Assembly (NCBI GenBank): GCA_028023455.1
Contig: JAQFVV010000010.1
Location: forward strand, 11,594,001 to 11,658,000
Length of the DNA: 64,000 nucleotides
Direction of reading: 5' to 3'
From: Epiperipatus broadwayi
Lineage: Eukaryota; Animalia; Onychophora
Position numbers and translations under genes: made by a program. Position 1 is the first letter of the stretch, and the number at the start of each line of letters is the position of its first letter. The notes below the pieces were generated by a model. That model was not told the DNA's origin. It searched no databases and was given only the letters and a program-made list of their open reading frames with translations. Positions 11,506-24,045 of this stretch are shown one piece after another.

Positions 11506-14500
11506 TATGTAACATCATAATCCTTGAAATGCACTAGTGGACGGCGTTGACGTGGGGAGTGTTCTCTGTAAGCCTTTGGAGATGTAGGATGCAAAGGTGT
11601 TGAGCTCGGGTTATTTGTGTTTTCCAGGGTCACACTGGGTGGAGAATTTTGGGTAAGTGGTGTTTCCTCAGCAGGAGATGAGACAGTTGGAAGAATGTCC
11701 ACTGTTCTCGAGCGCAACTGATCAATGTGCTTATGTTGTAATCCCAGATCAGTTCGGACTTCATATGACAGAGGCCTGTACGCTGTTCTACATGGCAAGA
11801 ATCCATGGAGAACCCCTTCCTGCTGCTCATGTAAATACTGTGTCATCTGATTGGAATTCACGTAACTGATGATGTTTGGATGATGCTGACTTTGGGGCTC
11901 TATTCGGATGAAGGATGTCTAGGCATGTACGAAGGCGTCGATGAAAGAGCATCTCGGCTGGACTTAAACCTGTAGTTGTAGATGTAGTAATGTGCTGAGC
12001 CAAAAGGTATCGGGCAATATGTTGCTCTCAATTTCCATGAGTAATATGTTTTAGGCTCTCCACAGACTGGACAGCCCTCTCCGCAAGACCATTACTTGAC
12101 GGATGGTAGGGTGCGATCCAAGCATGGTGAATTCCATTATTGGCAAGAAAAGTAGAACACTCTGAAGATACAAACTGTGGTCCATTGTCTGAAACTATAC
12201 ACTCTGGTATTCCATGGGTGGAAAATAATTCTCGTAGTACTGTGACTGTTGCAGCTGAGGTTGTTTTAGGCATTCTGCGCACTTCCACCCACTTTGAATA
12301 GGCATCAGCAATAACAAAGAGCATTTGCTCATCGATTGGGCCTGCAAAATCTATGTGCAAGGGTAAATTGGAGCATGGGGGCAAGCATGTCTTATGACGA
12401 CAATTTTTGCATTTGCCCACAAGATTCTCAATATCCCTATCCATTGATGGCCACCATATGTATGACCTTGTTAATGTTGGTTCTTACAATGCCAGAATGA
12501 CCCAAATGAAGTTTGTTAAGAATAATTCTCTGTAGAGAAAAAAAAATAATTACACGTGACCCCCAAAGCAAACAGTTTTTATGTGTTGATAGCTCATTGC
12601 GTCTTATAAAAAAAGGTTGAAGTTTGGTCTCTGTGGGTCTGCTTGGCTAGGCAGTGAAAATATAGTTCTTTACTCTTGATAGCAAAATCTTTTCATGTTG
12701 CATGTGCAACTTGTTCAGAAGTTACAGGAGGATCTTGCAATTCCTCCAAGAAAAGTACAACATTCATGTTTGCCATTGTCGCTTCGGTTGATAGAAGTGG
12801 AAATCTGCTTAACGCGTCTGCATTTGCAACTTTTTTTCCTTGTTTATATTCCAGTTTGAAAGAATATGCATTGAGGATGTGCATCCATCTTTGCATTTGG
12901 GGCGATAAAATTATTAGTTTATCCAAGGTAAAAATGCCAAGCAGCGGACGATGATTAGTACAAATGTTAAATTTAATTCCGAATAGGAAATGGTGAAAAC
13001 GTTTGACGCCAAATACTATTGCCAAAGCTTCTTTTATAGTTTTGTTCGGCCTTAGACAATGTACGTGAAGCAAAAGCAACTGGAGCGGATGATCCATCAG
13101 GATATTGCATACTTAGTACTGCACCTACTCCATAAGGCGAAGCATCACATGTAAGTAGAATACTTTGGTGAGAGTCAAATGGAACCAGAATATTCTTGAA
13201 AATCAATGCTTCTTTAAGTTTAAGAAAGGCCCTTTCATGTTGTGGTGATCAAGTCCTTGTGGCATTTGTCTGTAATAAACGATGTAAAGTTTCAGCTACG
13301 GTTGCACAATCTGGAAGGAAATTGTTATAAAAATTTATAAGACCTAAGAATGCTTTCAGTTCTATTTTGTTCCTAGGAGAGCAAGCATTTTGAATTGCAG
13401 TTGCTTTTCTTGGAGACAGATGCAGGGTTTTACAGTCGATTGTATAACCCAGAAATTCCACAGAATCTACTCCGAATACACATTTTTCTTTATTAGCCCG
13501 CAATCCACTGTGTGCTAACCTTTTAAACACAGTATGTAATTTTGAACATAGATCAATTGTTGAAGATGCACAAATTAATATGTCATCGAAATATGGAAAA
13601 ACTCCAGAAATGTTTCCGAGTAAATTGTCTATCATGCATTGAAACATTCCGAGTGCAACACAGATTCCGAACTGTAAACGTTTTACGCGGAAGGCTCCTC
13701 GATGAGTGATGATTGTCTGTATGTTTGCAGACATGTCATCAACTGGAAGTTGTAGGTAGGCCTTAGCTAAGTCAATTTTTGCAAAGATGGAGCTAGGAAG
13801 AGAAGTCAGAAGATGATGTACCGCAGGTATAGGGTATGGGTGATTCTGAAGAGCTCTGTTAACTGTTACTTTGTAGTCACCGCATAATCTCACCTCTCCT
13901 GTTGGTTTAAGAATCGGTACCACTGGTGTTATCCACACAGGGTTTTCCACTGGTTCAATGATCCCATTGCGGAGCAGAGTATCTAAAGCAACATCCACCT
14001 TATGTTTCATAGCAAGTGGTAGTGGCCGGGCTCGTAGTCTGATCGGGGGAAATTTAGGATCGACTGGCAATGATACAGCTGGACCCTTGTAAGTTCCTAT
14101 AGATGTGGTGAAAACTTGTGGAAATTGGTTAATGATATCTTGAATAGATGGTTCGGTAATTAAATGGACTCCAGTTAGTGAAATACCTAGAGGTGTGAAC
14201 CATTCACATCCTAACAGGTTTGTACAAGGACTCTGTGTTATCAGTAAGCATAGATATCCTAACAGGTTTGTACAAGGACTCTGTTATCAGTAAACATAGA
14301 TGGCATGAATGTACACCACATTGAACATGTACAACCCAATATCCCTTTAATGATATTGAGTGGTGCTGGAAATCCCGTAATGTAATTGTTACTGGATGTA
14401 GTTCAGGTATTTTTCCGTTGCACAATTCAGATAGTGTGTCAAATGATAAAATAGAATATTCTGATCCTGAGTCAATTTCTATTTTACATTCCTTGCCATT

Positions 14501-15431
14501 AATGTACACATGTGTGGAGGATTTAGGTATTGAGGCATCACGGCGTATCTCATGGATATAATCTACAATGTCATCATCCGTCTCCATTACTGCCATGCAT
14601 TGGTTTGCAGATCCAGGAATAGTGCGTTGTTTTGCTCGGCATACACACTGTAGATGACCTATTTTCTGGCAGAAATGGCACTTGGTTTTTTTGAAGGGGC
14701 ATTCCACTCGATTGTGTTGACTGCCACAACCATAGCATTGGAAATCCCGATTGAGATGTACCAGTGTTCCTTTTATGTGCAGAGGATGTTTGTGAAGGCA
14801 GTGAGAACCTAGAAACATTTTTGCGAGGTAAGGTTGATCTGTTTCGCTGAATAAGATCAACAGTCGACATGGGAGTGTCTGTGGCACGGATTTCACGCAC
14901 CTGCACCAATGCAGATTCAGCAGCTAGGCTATTCTGTATAGCTATCTCTAATGTTAAAGTTTCTTCTGTTAATAGTTTGTGCTGTATAGTTTCATCATGA
15001 AGCCCGCAGACAAATTGATCTCGAAGACGCTCTGTTAATGAAAGACCAAAATCGCAGCTCTCTGCCAAACGTCGAAGGTCGGCTAAAATTGCACTCACAT
15101 TTTCTCCTTCTCGTTGCCAACGTTGGTGAAATTGAAAACGTTGGTAAATAACGGAAGGTTGTGGATTAAAATACTGTTTTAAAATATTTATTATTTTTTG
15201 ATATGACTTGTGATGAGGCAATGCAGGTGATATAAGAGAACAAAGAATGCTTAATGTTCTTAGTCCACAGACAGCGAGGGGTGTTGCACGTTTCTTTTCA
15301 TCAGGAATAATATTATTAGCTTCACAAAAGAAATTTACTTGTGACGTGTATGTATTCCACATTTGCAGTGAGTCACCATCAAAATGTGCTAAAGAACCAA
15401 TAGTTGCCATTATAAATCCAATAGAAAACAA
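11502..15431 (-). pseudogene. Frameshifted gag-pol
   Basis: Gag ORF 14574-15431. Two CCHC knuckles (CYGCGSQHNRVEC, CHFCQKIGHLQCVC), protease EIDSGSEYS, RT with RLCGDYK/FAKIDLAKAYLQL/YFDDIL, RNase H LTCDASPYGVGAVL, and integrase LHIDFAGP/IVSDNGPQF/HPSSNGLAER. A 48-bp tandem duplication at 14208-14301 lies between PR and RT. Confidence 0.93.
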
Positions 15432-15533
15432 AGTTTGAGTAAAAAAAAATGTTCGGTGTCTTACATATGATTAATAATAATATTATAAAGAACACTAAAT
15501 TAATAATAATATTATAAATTCAGTATCTCGCAT

Positions 15534-15551
15534 ATCCCATCCTCGTCGCAA
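15534..15551 (-). promoter_or_regulatory. Primer binding site, tRNA-Ser(GCU)-like
   Basis: The + strand atcccatcctcgtcgcaa matches the metazoan tRNA-Ser(GCU) 3' end ATCCCATCCTCGTCGCCA (recalled from memory) at 17 of 18 nt. It lies 6 nt inside the 5' LTR. Confidence 0.75.
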
Positions 15552-15557
15552 AACTGG

Positions 15558-15756
15558 TGTAGTGTTTTAGCGTCTAGAAATAAAAAACCAGCCAAAACTT
15601 GTTAGGATTCTAAGAAATGACTTAGCGCTATTTAGTAACATTTGTTTACTAGTTACAGTCAAAACATTAATACCGCAGATAATGATAATCTTGTTCCGCA
15701 GTCATTTCTTGAATGACGTCATGATAGAAAATCATCGCGGATCGTAAGACATCACA
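15558..15756 (-). repeat. 5' LTR (199 bp)
   Basis: tgtagtgttttagcgtctag...agacatcaca, followed by the TSD gctac. Confidence 0.95.
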
Positions 15757-15769
15757 GCTACCAAGTTCA

Positions 15770-16100
15770 ATTATCTTCTAGACTCTAATATAGCTAACAA
15801 AATTGTAGGCATATTACTTGTACTATTTTAAATGTGACTTATGCGTGTTCATGTTCATGATTTTGAAGCACACCATTTTGGAAATGAATTTTCTTCCCAA
15901 TGTTTTACAAATTCTCACATTACCAACATAATTTCTTGATCATAATTGTACATGTTTTCTATCCTCATAGTCAATTATTTCAGATCATTTTAGTGATGTT
16001 GCCAACAATGCATGACAATTGTAAGATGTCAGAATTAATTAATAAAATCACTAAGAAGTAGATATACTTCCTTCATTAAACAATATTCATTATACGTATA
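15770..16100 (-). pseudogene. Probable PIF/Harbinger transposase remnant (upstream part)
   Basis: Degraded minus frames LSCIVGNITKMI*NN and EFVKHWEENSFPKWCA resemble the Harbinger segments S.IV....IW..L and W.FP.C.GA. Same strand as, and upstream of, the 10370-10540 piece. Confidence 0.3.
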
Positions 16101-19100
16101 AAGAAAGTCTGTGCAAAACAACGACTCATAATATCTTCATGGACATCTGTAGCAGGACTATGTTAACCACATATGGCAAAATATAAATCATTTTATTGCT
16201 AATACAATATTTATAACTTTATTAATTCAAACATCTAAATAGAGTTCATGGTGAAGGGTTACGTTAACTATCCATGAAAAGCAAATAGAGATAAATTCCT
16301 AGTCTTTTTTTAACTCGTGAACGGACATTACTAACAGTAAGCTTATTTGATGATTGTAAATGATAGATGGTTATATCCTAGTCAATATTACTTCATAACA
16401 AAAGTATTTACAACTTTGCATGTATGAATAATCCAACCTATATAATATGGATGATAAAGTACAAAACATCAAAATAAATTATTCAATGTTTTCTTTTTAA
16501 CACTTGCATTTAAGTAAAATGGCATCTAAAGCAGTTCAGATATTCTATATATTGATATAACTTTAAAATCATTAACTCATACCACTTTTAGCACATATTT
16601 CAAAAGCATGTATTTAATGAATCTAATTTTACATTATAAATCTACATTTACACATATTTATGCACTAATGTTTAATGAATTTTATTTTAGTAATTAAGAA
16701 ATCTATTTAATTGATTTTAATGTGCATGTAAAATTAAATCTTTTATTTTGTCATCTATTATTTATTTACTGTTCAGCAAGTTCCTTTTATTTAAACCTAG
16801 TTCTTTTTACTTACAAAAACATATTTATATTTGTCAAAAAAAGTTTGTCTGAAATTTCATAAATGTAATATATAAATAAATGCATCATTTTTACATAATA
16901 AGCTTATAAAAACTTATTTCAAAATCTTTTTATCAATGAGTAATTTTCTTTCAGCCATGCTTAATTAATTATGCACTACTATTACACTAGAATTTTTTTC
17001 CATCCCTCAGTGCATCTTCCTCAGTATTTTGAAATATATTTTGACCGTAACAAAAGAAAATGAAACAAAGATTATTATATAAGTAAATATAACATTATAT
17101 TAAAAAAATATTTTCTTTTACAAAATTAAACTAATAGTGAAAGTTAAAAACAAATAACAGCTGTAAAATATAATTAGATCTTTAAATGGTTGGTTGTTGT
17201 TCATTCTTTCTCCAAAGTTTTAGTAAAAGTCTAAAAATAACTTAGTTTGCTACATAGCTTCTGGTTATCTGCATAGATTTTCCAGGTCATCTTTGAATTC
17301 TCCAATAAATTATTTCTGAATTTCTCAGTATTTGAAATATTGTAAGCAATTTGATAATGTCTGGTGCAAGGTATATACAAGAACAGTTGCAGTATGATAA
17401 TTTTTTTTATTTTGTCAATTTCTTTTAGTTAATTTGAAAATGATTAATAGCAGATAAGCATTTGTTCAAAGTACTATTGTAAACCCGAGGCAGACAATCC
17501 AAGAAAGATCTTGGGAGCTCTTACTCACTCATGGCTCTTTTTCATTTTTCATATCCTTTAACTAGCATTGAATTTTTTCTGATGCTTCACAGTGATTGGA
17601 ATGTAAGTCCTTTTCTATTAAATGTCTCTGTTGTAGAGAGAAATTCAGGGAAAATAAACCTATCTGTTTGAACACAGACTATGTCCTAGAGCTGAAAGCA
17701 GAACTAATGAATCATATATCCTTTTTGGTTTGTATATAATCACATAACACTTATTATCAACTTTTTCTTCATATGGAAATAAAAAAATATTTTATATTTA
17801 TTAGTTCCACATATCAACTAATCTTAAATCTAATTAGTTAAATATCTTGTTTTTCAAAAAACAAATTTAACTGAAATAAATCTGATAATACCTTAAAATT
17901 GACAATAAAAAAGAGTTATTTGAAAGAATATTTTTAGTACTAAATTTCATTTTTTGATTAGTTAAATTAATATTGGAAATTTAAACTTTCATGAACATTC
18001 AAACATGTATACACTAATAATTTAAAGTGTAAGTAGATGTGTACACATGTAATAAATTGGACCTTAAATTATTATTAAGTTCAATTAAAATTATATTTAT
18101 GATCAAATAAGCTATGCTCTGATTATTTCCCTTTCTAACTTTACTCAATCTGATTTTGGTAACTGATTAAATCTGTAAATGAAATATCTATTTCACTATA
18201 TATTTAGGATTCATCTAATGATTTCAAGCTATTATTCATTAGTATTTTCTTTTCCATGCTTAATGAAGTTGTCATGTAAATATTTGTTGTCATATATAAA
18301 TTAGTTTCAGAATTTTATCTTTTATCTTGAAAAATCAATTACCTGCCAATATTTTTTATAATTCCTTTTAAAGGTGATCTTTTTTTAAGCATTTTTTTTT
18401 TTCATCATGTCAATAATTGTGATTTTGCCCAACCATCTTACATTTTTGACTTTTGATACCTTTAGAACTTTTAATTTCTTTTTTTCTTCTAATTATCCTA
18501 ATATCTATTTAAAGCTGTGTCAAACAATGCTTAAAACATTTATTTTTAATTTCATAAGATCCACAAAATAATTTTTTTAACTTTGGAAGTTGGTTTCTCA
18601 TTGTAATTTTTTATTATAAGTATCTTTTTAATTGCCCACTTCCTTAGTTCATTATATTCTTATTCTTTTAACCATTTTTAATATTTCAATTTCTTTTATT
18701 TTCTTGGCTTTAGTTTTAATTATATTTATTCTTATCTCTGATATACAAGTTGATTAATCCTCTTTATTAAATCCCTATAATGAACTTCATTGACCAAACA
18801 CCTTTTTATCTATCGGAAACAAATTAAATAGATCTCAAATAAATCCCTTGAAAATGTATACATAAAATCCATAACTAATTTTGTATACACCATATTAAAA
18901 TAGAATATTTTATAATACTTGTTTTGATGCATAATGAGATAGGTAAGAATAGGAAATTGTATAGAGATAGATGATTTGTAAGGCAAAGATAGTATTGGAG
19001 ACAGATGGTAAATTATAGGAGCATAAAATGGAGAGTAAGAGTTAAATAGTTTAATGGGTTAGTGAAATAGATTAAATGGACATTCATTATTAAAAGGAAG

Positions 19101-20884
19101 GAAGTTGCATTATATTTGTGTATATGTGTCATACAGATTCACATATACATTATTTCATATAAATATTTTAATAACGGAAAATAAATAATATGCTTAATAG
19201 GCAATACATTTAATATTATATTTAATAAATATATTTGAAAGGGAACCAAATAAGCTGAAGTCTATAATTTGAGAAGAATTAAAAAATTTTTATATGCTTT
19301 AGTTTATTTAAAATTGGAAGGCAGTTTTAGAAATAACAAAAGAAATTGGTATCTACTGATATTATATGTAACAATGAGATTTCCAAGTTTTGATCACAAA
19401 AAAAAATGATTAGAAGTTTTGAAATTTTTTTTATTGTATGTGATTAATTAATATAAAATCTAATAACTTTTGATTGGTCAGGATTTGAAAGAATTGGATA
19501 AAAAAGACATTTCTATGTTAACTACAGAGGGAAATGTTGACTATTAAAAAAAGTTGCTAACAGAATAATTTTTTGCTGAACTGGAAACTAAAATGACTTT
19601 TTATCTTATAAAGATTGCTCAATTTAAGAATGTCCATATGAACAACTAAAGATTGCATTTCATCTGTCTCCATGGATTTCAGAAAGTGTTCCTATAAAAT
19701 GTTCTTGCCCACATCAATTTTTTTAAAAGAAAAAAAAGAAAAAGTCTGAATTTGAATTTTGGAGAATAATCTGTCGATCTTCTGACTGCTGACATGTAAA
19801 ATTTAAAATCAAATACTGATTTTCATTTATTTTTGAAGGAAAGGAAAAGAAAAATGAACTTAAATTCAAAAAATATTTTAAATGTAATTTAACAAAGAGC
19901 TTTTAAACTGCATATTGTTACTAATTTATTAAGCTAAGACTGTAAGTATATAATTTGTTTTGGAACTTTCAAAGGGAAGAAACTTATAATTTTATTTGAA
20001 AAGACTGCAACTTTTGTTCATGTATGTATCAACTATATGTCGTTTATAAATTATCGTTAAAATATATGTGAATTTTTAGATTGTAAGAACAATAACAGCT
20101 TCCATTTTTCTGTATAGGGTTATACCTTTATTTATTTATTGTGTAAATTCTACTAAAAGAGAAAATGTCAAAAAGAGTTATTCTAAGGGAAGCAAATATT
20201 GAAATTATAATCTGAGTTTATCTCTTAGCTTGTTTTCAAAAAAAAAAAAGAGAGAAACAAAATTTATATATTTAATTAAAAAAAAAAAGAGAGCTGAATA
20301 ATTAAATAAAATTCTTATACTGGATAAGCATTTTAAATATTGATCACAGTTTAATTTAATTTTAATGTATTAACTGATAAACAGCTTAAATTAAAAGTTA
20401 ATCATAATTTCAATTAATTACCCAACTAATATAAATACTTTCTTATAAAAAAAAGTAAAAAGGAGTAGTAAATCTTAAATCATTTATACATACATGTGCG
20501 TGAAGGTGTGCTTATAAGAATATTATTTAGATCGTTGTTATGTGTTCAGTACTTGATTGATGCAATCAGTGTTATGAACATAGCAAGTGTGAATTAAACA
20601 AACCAATGATGATATTGATAGGATATATTCTTAATTTAATAAAATTATTAAATTATATCTTATCATTTCTATTTTGATTTTGTTAGATTATTATAGGTTT
20701 AAGTAGGTGTGCAACTAACATTGGTTATTGATTAGGCTTTATTCTGAAAATCTCAATCTTTTGAGCTACTAGACTGTGGATACTTATGTTTGCATGTGTT
20801 GAATGTTGGAATTCCTAAAGAAGAGGTAAGACATTAGCAAGGTTATTATAGGTTATATTGAAATCTGTTATCAAATAATGTAAT

Positions 20885-21820
20885 TAAATAAGCATTTATT
20901 TTATATAGCGCAATGTTTTTAAACCGTAAATAGTAATAATCAGCCATTAAGCTAATGCACATGTGCTTTGTGGATTTTAACTATAAATGAATACTCTCAC
21001 TTTCCAAACACAAGATAAAGTCTTGTGAAAAAATAGAATGAATCATCTATCCTTTCAACCCAAACGTTTAAGTATGGGCAAATCTTAAGCATTTGGAAAT
21101 GAGAGCATGAAGATATTAAACAATTCTTTAAATTACCTTTACTATGCCTGAATGAATGATGCTTGTGAAATTTATTTTAAATGCTTATTTACATATGTTT
21201 AATTTCAGCTAAGAATGACGTATCGTAAATTCTAGTAAATTTTGCAAGCGTCATTCATTCAGGCATTGTTAGGGTAATTTAAAGTGATTGTTTAATATCT
21301 TCATGCTCTCATTTCCAAATGCTTAAGATTTGCCCATACTTAAACTTTTGGGTTGAAAGGATAGATGATTCATTCTATCTTTTCACAAAGACTTTATCTT
21401 GTGTTTGGAAAGTGAGAGTATTCATTTATAGTTAAAATCCACAAAGCACATGTGCATTAGCTTAATGGCTGATTATTACTGTTTACAGTTTAAAAACATC
21501 GCGCTATATAAAATAAATTCTTATTTACATATGTTTAATTTCAACTAAGAATGACGTATCGTAAATGCTAGTAAATTTTGCAAGTGTCATTCATTCAGGC
21601 ATAGTAAAGGTAATTTAAAGTGATTGTTTAATATCTTCACACTCTCATTTCCAAATGCTTAAGATTTGGCCATACTTAAACGTTTGGGTTGAAAGGATAG
21701 ATAATTCATTCTATCTTTTCACAAAGACTTTATCTTGTGCTTGGAAAGTGAGAGGATTCATTTATAGTTAAAATCCACAAAGCACATGTGCATTAGCTTA
21801 ATGGCTGATTATTACTATTT
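20885..21820. repeat. Repeat family D: one inverted copy plus about 1.9 tandem copies of a 335-bp unit
   Basis: 20885-21174 is largely the reverse complement of 21236-21518 plus the next few bases. 21184-21518 and 21520-21820 are direct repeats. All are highly similar and the unit ends in aaaaacatcgcgctatataaaataaat. Confidence 0.92.
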
Positions 21821-22546
21821 ACAAATAATGTTTTATGTAGGTCCACAGACAATTACTTGATAAATCCCAAGAGTTCCAGATTTCTCTCATCTGGTAGCAT
21901 CCAACCCTACTAGTCTAAAGTATCTGCATATATAGATATTGCAAAGAATACAATATAAACCATCACAGTATGTTTTCACACTTATTTGGACAGTAAGTCA
22001 CTAAACAAGAATTACAGCTGTTTTGTATAAAGTGAATAAATTTTATCAGTTATGATGAAATACTAAATAATGGGGGGAAAAAACTAAAGGGATCAAATGC
22101 TGAAAATCATGAATTAAAAATAAATAAGTAAACACAATCTTTCCTTTTGACTGTTAATATAATGTCTAATTGTATGTGGCATCTTTTTTTTAAGCTTTTA
22201 AATTTACATAAAGTACTTCTGTTATATTTTCTTTAAATAAAAAAACATAAATAAGATGCATGAAAAAATAATTAAGTTAAAAATAGAATTATATAGCATA
22301 TGTTATCTTGGTTAGTTTGATCAAACTTTATTTCCAAGTTGAACATTTATCATGAAGTACATTAAAATAGGAGCATTGAGTAAATTGTGATATCAGACAA
22401 TTATTTTACTCAAATCAATTTTCATGCAAAAATATGCAATGTTATGTAACTTATTTGCAAATCAATTAGACAACAGTAAAATATCAAATCTTTATAACTT
22501 AATGATAATTTCAGCCTGAATATAAAGAATCAAAACGTTTTTAAAT

Positions 22547-22764
22547 GTACACTTTTTCATTTAATAAATTAATATATATTAGTTTATCTCTATACTGTAT
22601 CATTTAGTTCTAAGCCTTAGTCTAGATGTAGACATTTGTGGATGTAACAAACTGCGTACACTTTTTCATTTAATAAATTAATATATATTAGTTTATCTCT
22701 ATACTGTATCATTTAGTTCTAAGCCTTAGTCTAGATGTAGACATTTGTGGATGTAACAAACTGC
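22547..22764 (+). repeat. Perfect tandem duplication, 2 x 109 bp
   Basis: gtacactttttcatt...gtaacaaactgc at 22547-22655 and 22656-22764. Confidence 0.95.
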
Positions 22765-23099
22765 ATATAATATACCTTTTTAACATGTATACATTATAGA
22801 CATTTTCACTATGTGAAAGTAGTCTTTGTTTTTACTTGTGGAGAATGATTAACTAGTCACAAAACCAAAGTTTAGCTTCAAAAACTAAATACAGTTTGAG
22901 ACAAATCACTAACCATTTTTTCCTTTCTTTGTAAAGCCAAATTAAGTGTTTCCAAATGTTCCATAATGTCTATAAGGAACATTAAGTCAGAAAACCAAGT
23001 TTCATTTTCTAATTCTGGGTATTTTTTTCTTTTTTTTTTAAAAAAATGTTATGAAAGGAGAGATCACTGGCCAATTCATCTTGTTTGTCATTAAACTCT

Positions 23100-24045
23100 T
23101 CTAAAAACTTCTTAAATTGACGGTGTGTTTTGATATTTGTCTAATTAAATTCACAATCTTCCAAACATTTTTGTATTTTAAGTACTTGTGAGATGCTTAC
23201 AGTGAATAATGCATTGAAAAGGGACAAAGTGTGGAATTTTAGGATCATTGTTTAAAAGACTAATAAGATCTAGGTTTTCCCTATCATTGTAGGAGTGTGT
23301 CAGTTGCAACACTTACAAGTTTATCACGAGGCAATTCAAATCTGTTCAATACCTCATCAAGTACATTTTTGACATTGGTACTGTGAGTTGTTTCAGTAAG
23401 ATTCTAATGGTCTAACATTTCTTCCTTCATATTTACATCTGCAGATAGATAACCCACAAAAACATCCAATTGTGGAATATTGTGAATGACTATAGACTCA
23501 TTGAGAGCTAAACTGAATGCTATACAATTTTTCACATTACGCATCAAACTATTTTCAACATCGTTACTAATTTCATTAATAAAATGCTCACTTATACAGC
23601 ATAACATAGGAACTTGTGTGGTCAATTTATGCAGATTTGTATTACCTGGATCCAAAATTTTAACCACTTCTTCCAAGTTTCTTTTAATAAACTCAACATA
23701 TGGACATTTGGCATGAGCAATATTCCAAGCTACCAAAAAATTAGTTATGTTGACTCTGTCATCTTGTCATCCTCATGACTAAAAGAAGAAAGTCTTTGTT
23801 GCCTATGAAGACCTGATTGCAATGACTTAAGTTTATCTGTTCACAATTTTGCTTGGTGTGGATATTGAGTTGATAAGTGGGGATGACTTATTTCTAACTT
23901 TGTAGATTGCAGTTGTAACTTTACAAATAAGGCACAATAACTTTTCATTATTGTCAAGAAAAGCAAATTTTCTTACCAATTTTTTCTGAAAGCTTCTATT
24001 TTCTTGTTTGTATTTTCATTTTTTGATATTTTCTGAAATCATGTT
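23100..24045 (-). mobile_element. hAT (Charlie/SPIN, GTF2IRD2/EPM2AIP1-like) transposase remnant
   Basis: Minus frames read ENRSFQ...FAFLDNNEKLLCLICK (BED-like zinc finger), FSLALNES...PQLDVFV...KEEML (ORF 23404-23736) and LPRDKLVSVATD...MIGK...CIIH. Frameshifted. Confidence 0.8.

Larger units (their letters stand above)
11285..15756 (-). mobile_element. Ty3/Gypsy LTR retrotransposon (Mag-like), near full length, inactivated
   Basis: TG...CA LTRs at both ends, 5-bp TSD GCTAC (11280-11284, 15757-15761), PBS and PPT. Domain order on the minus strand is gag-PR-RT-RNaseH-INT, with multiple frameshifts. Confidence 0.97.

Noticed and set aside
17150-17700. Minus frame DLEIYADNQKL suggesting a CR1-type RT remnant, or a host exon bounded by ttcag/gtgagt
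   Set aside because: Only one partial motif is clear, and the exon reading has stops in all three frames. Too weak to annotate.
19400-20100. Possible hAT C-terminal dimerisation remnant (LLFMYVSTIC)
   Set aside because: Single short degraded motif with no supporting frame.
21466-21510. Family-D tail CTGATTA...ACTGT/ACAGT...AAAAACATC as a hammerhead
   Set aside because: No copy has G12 or a 3-8 pair, and helices I and III cannot be formed.
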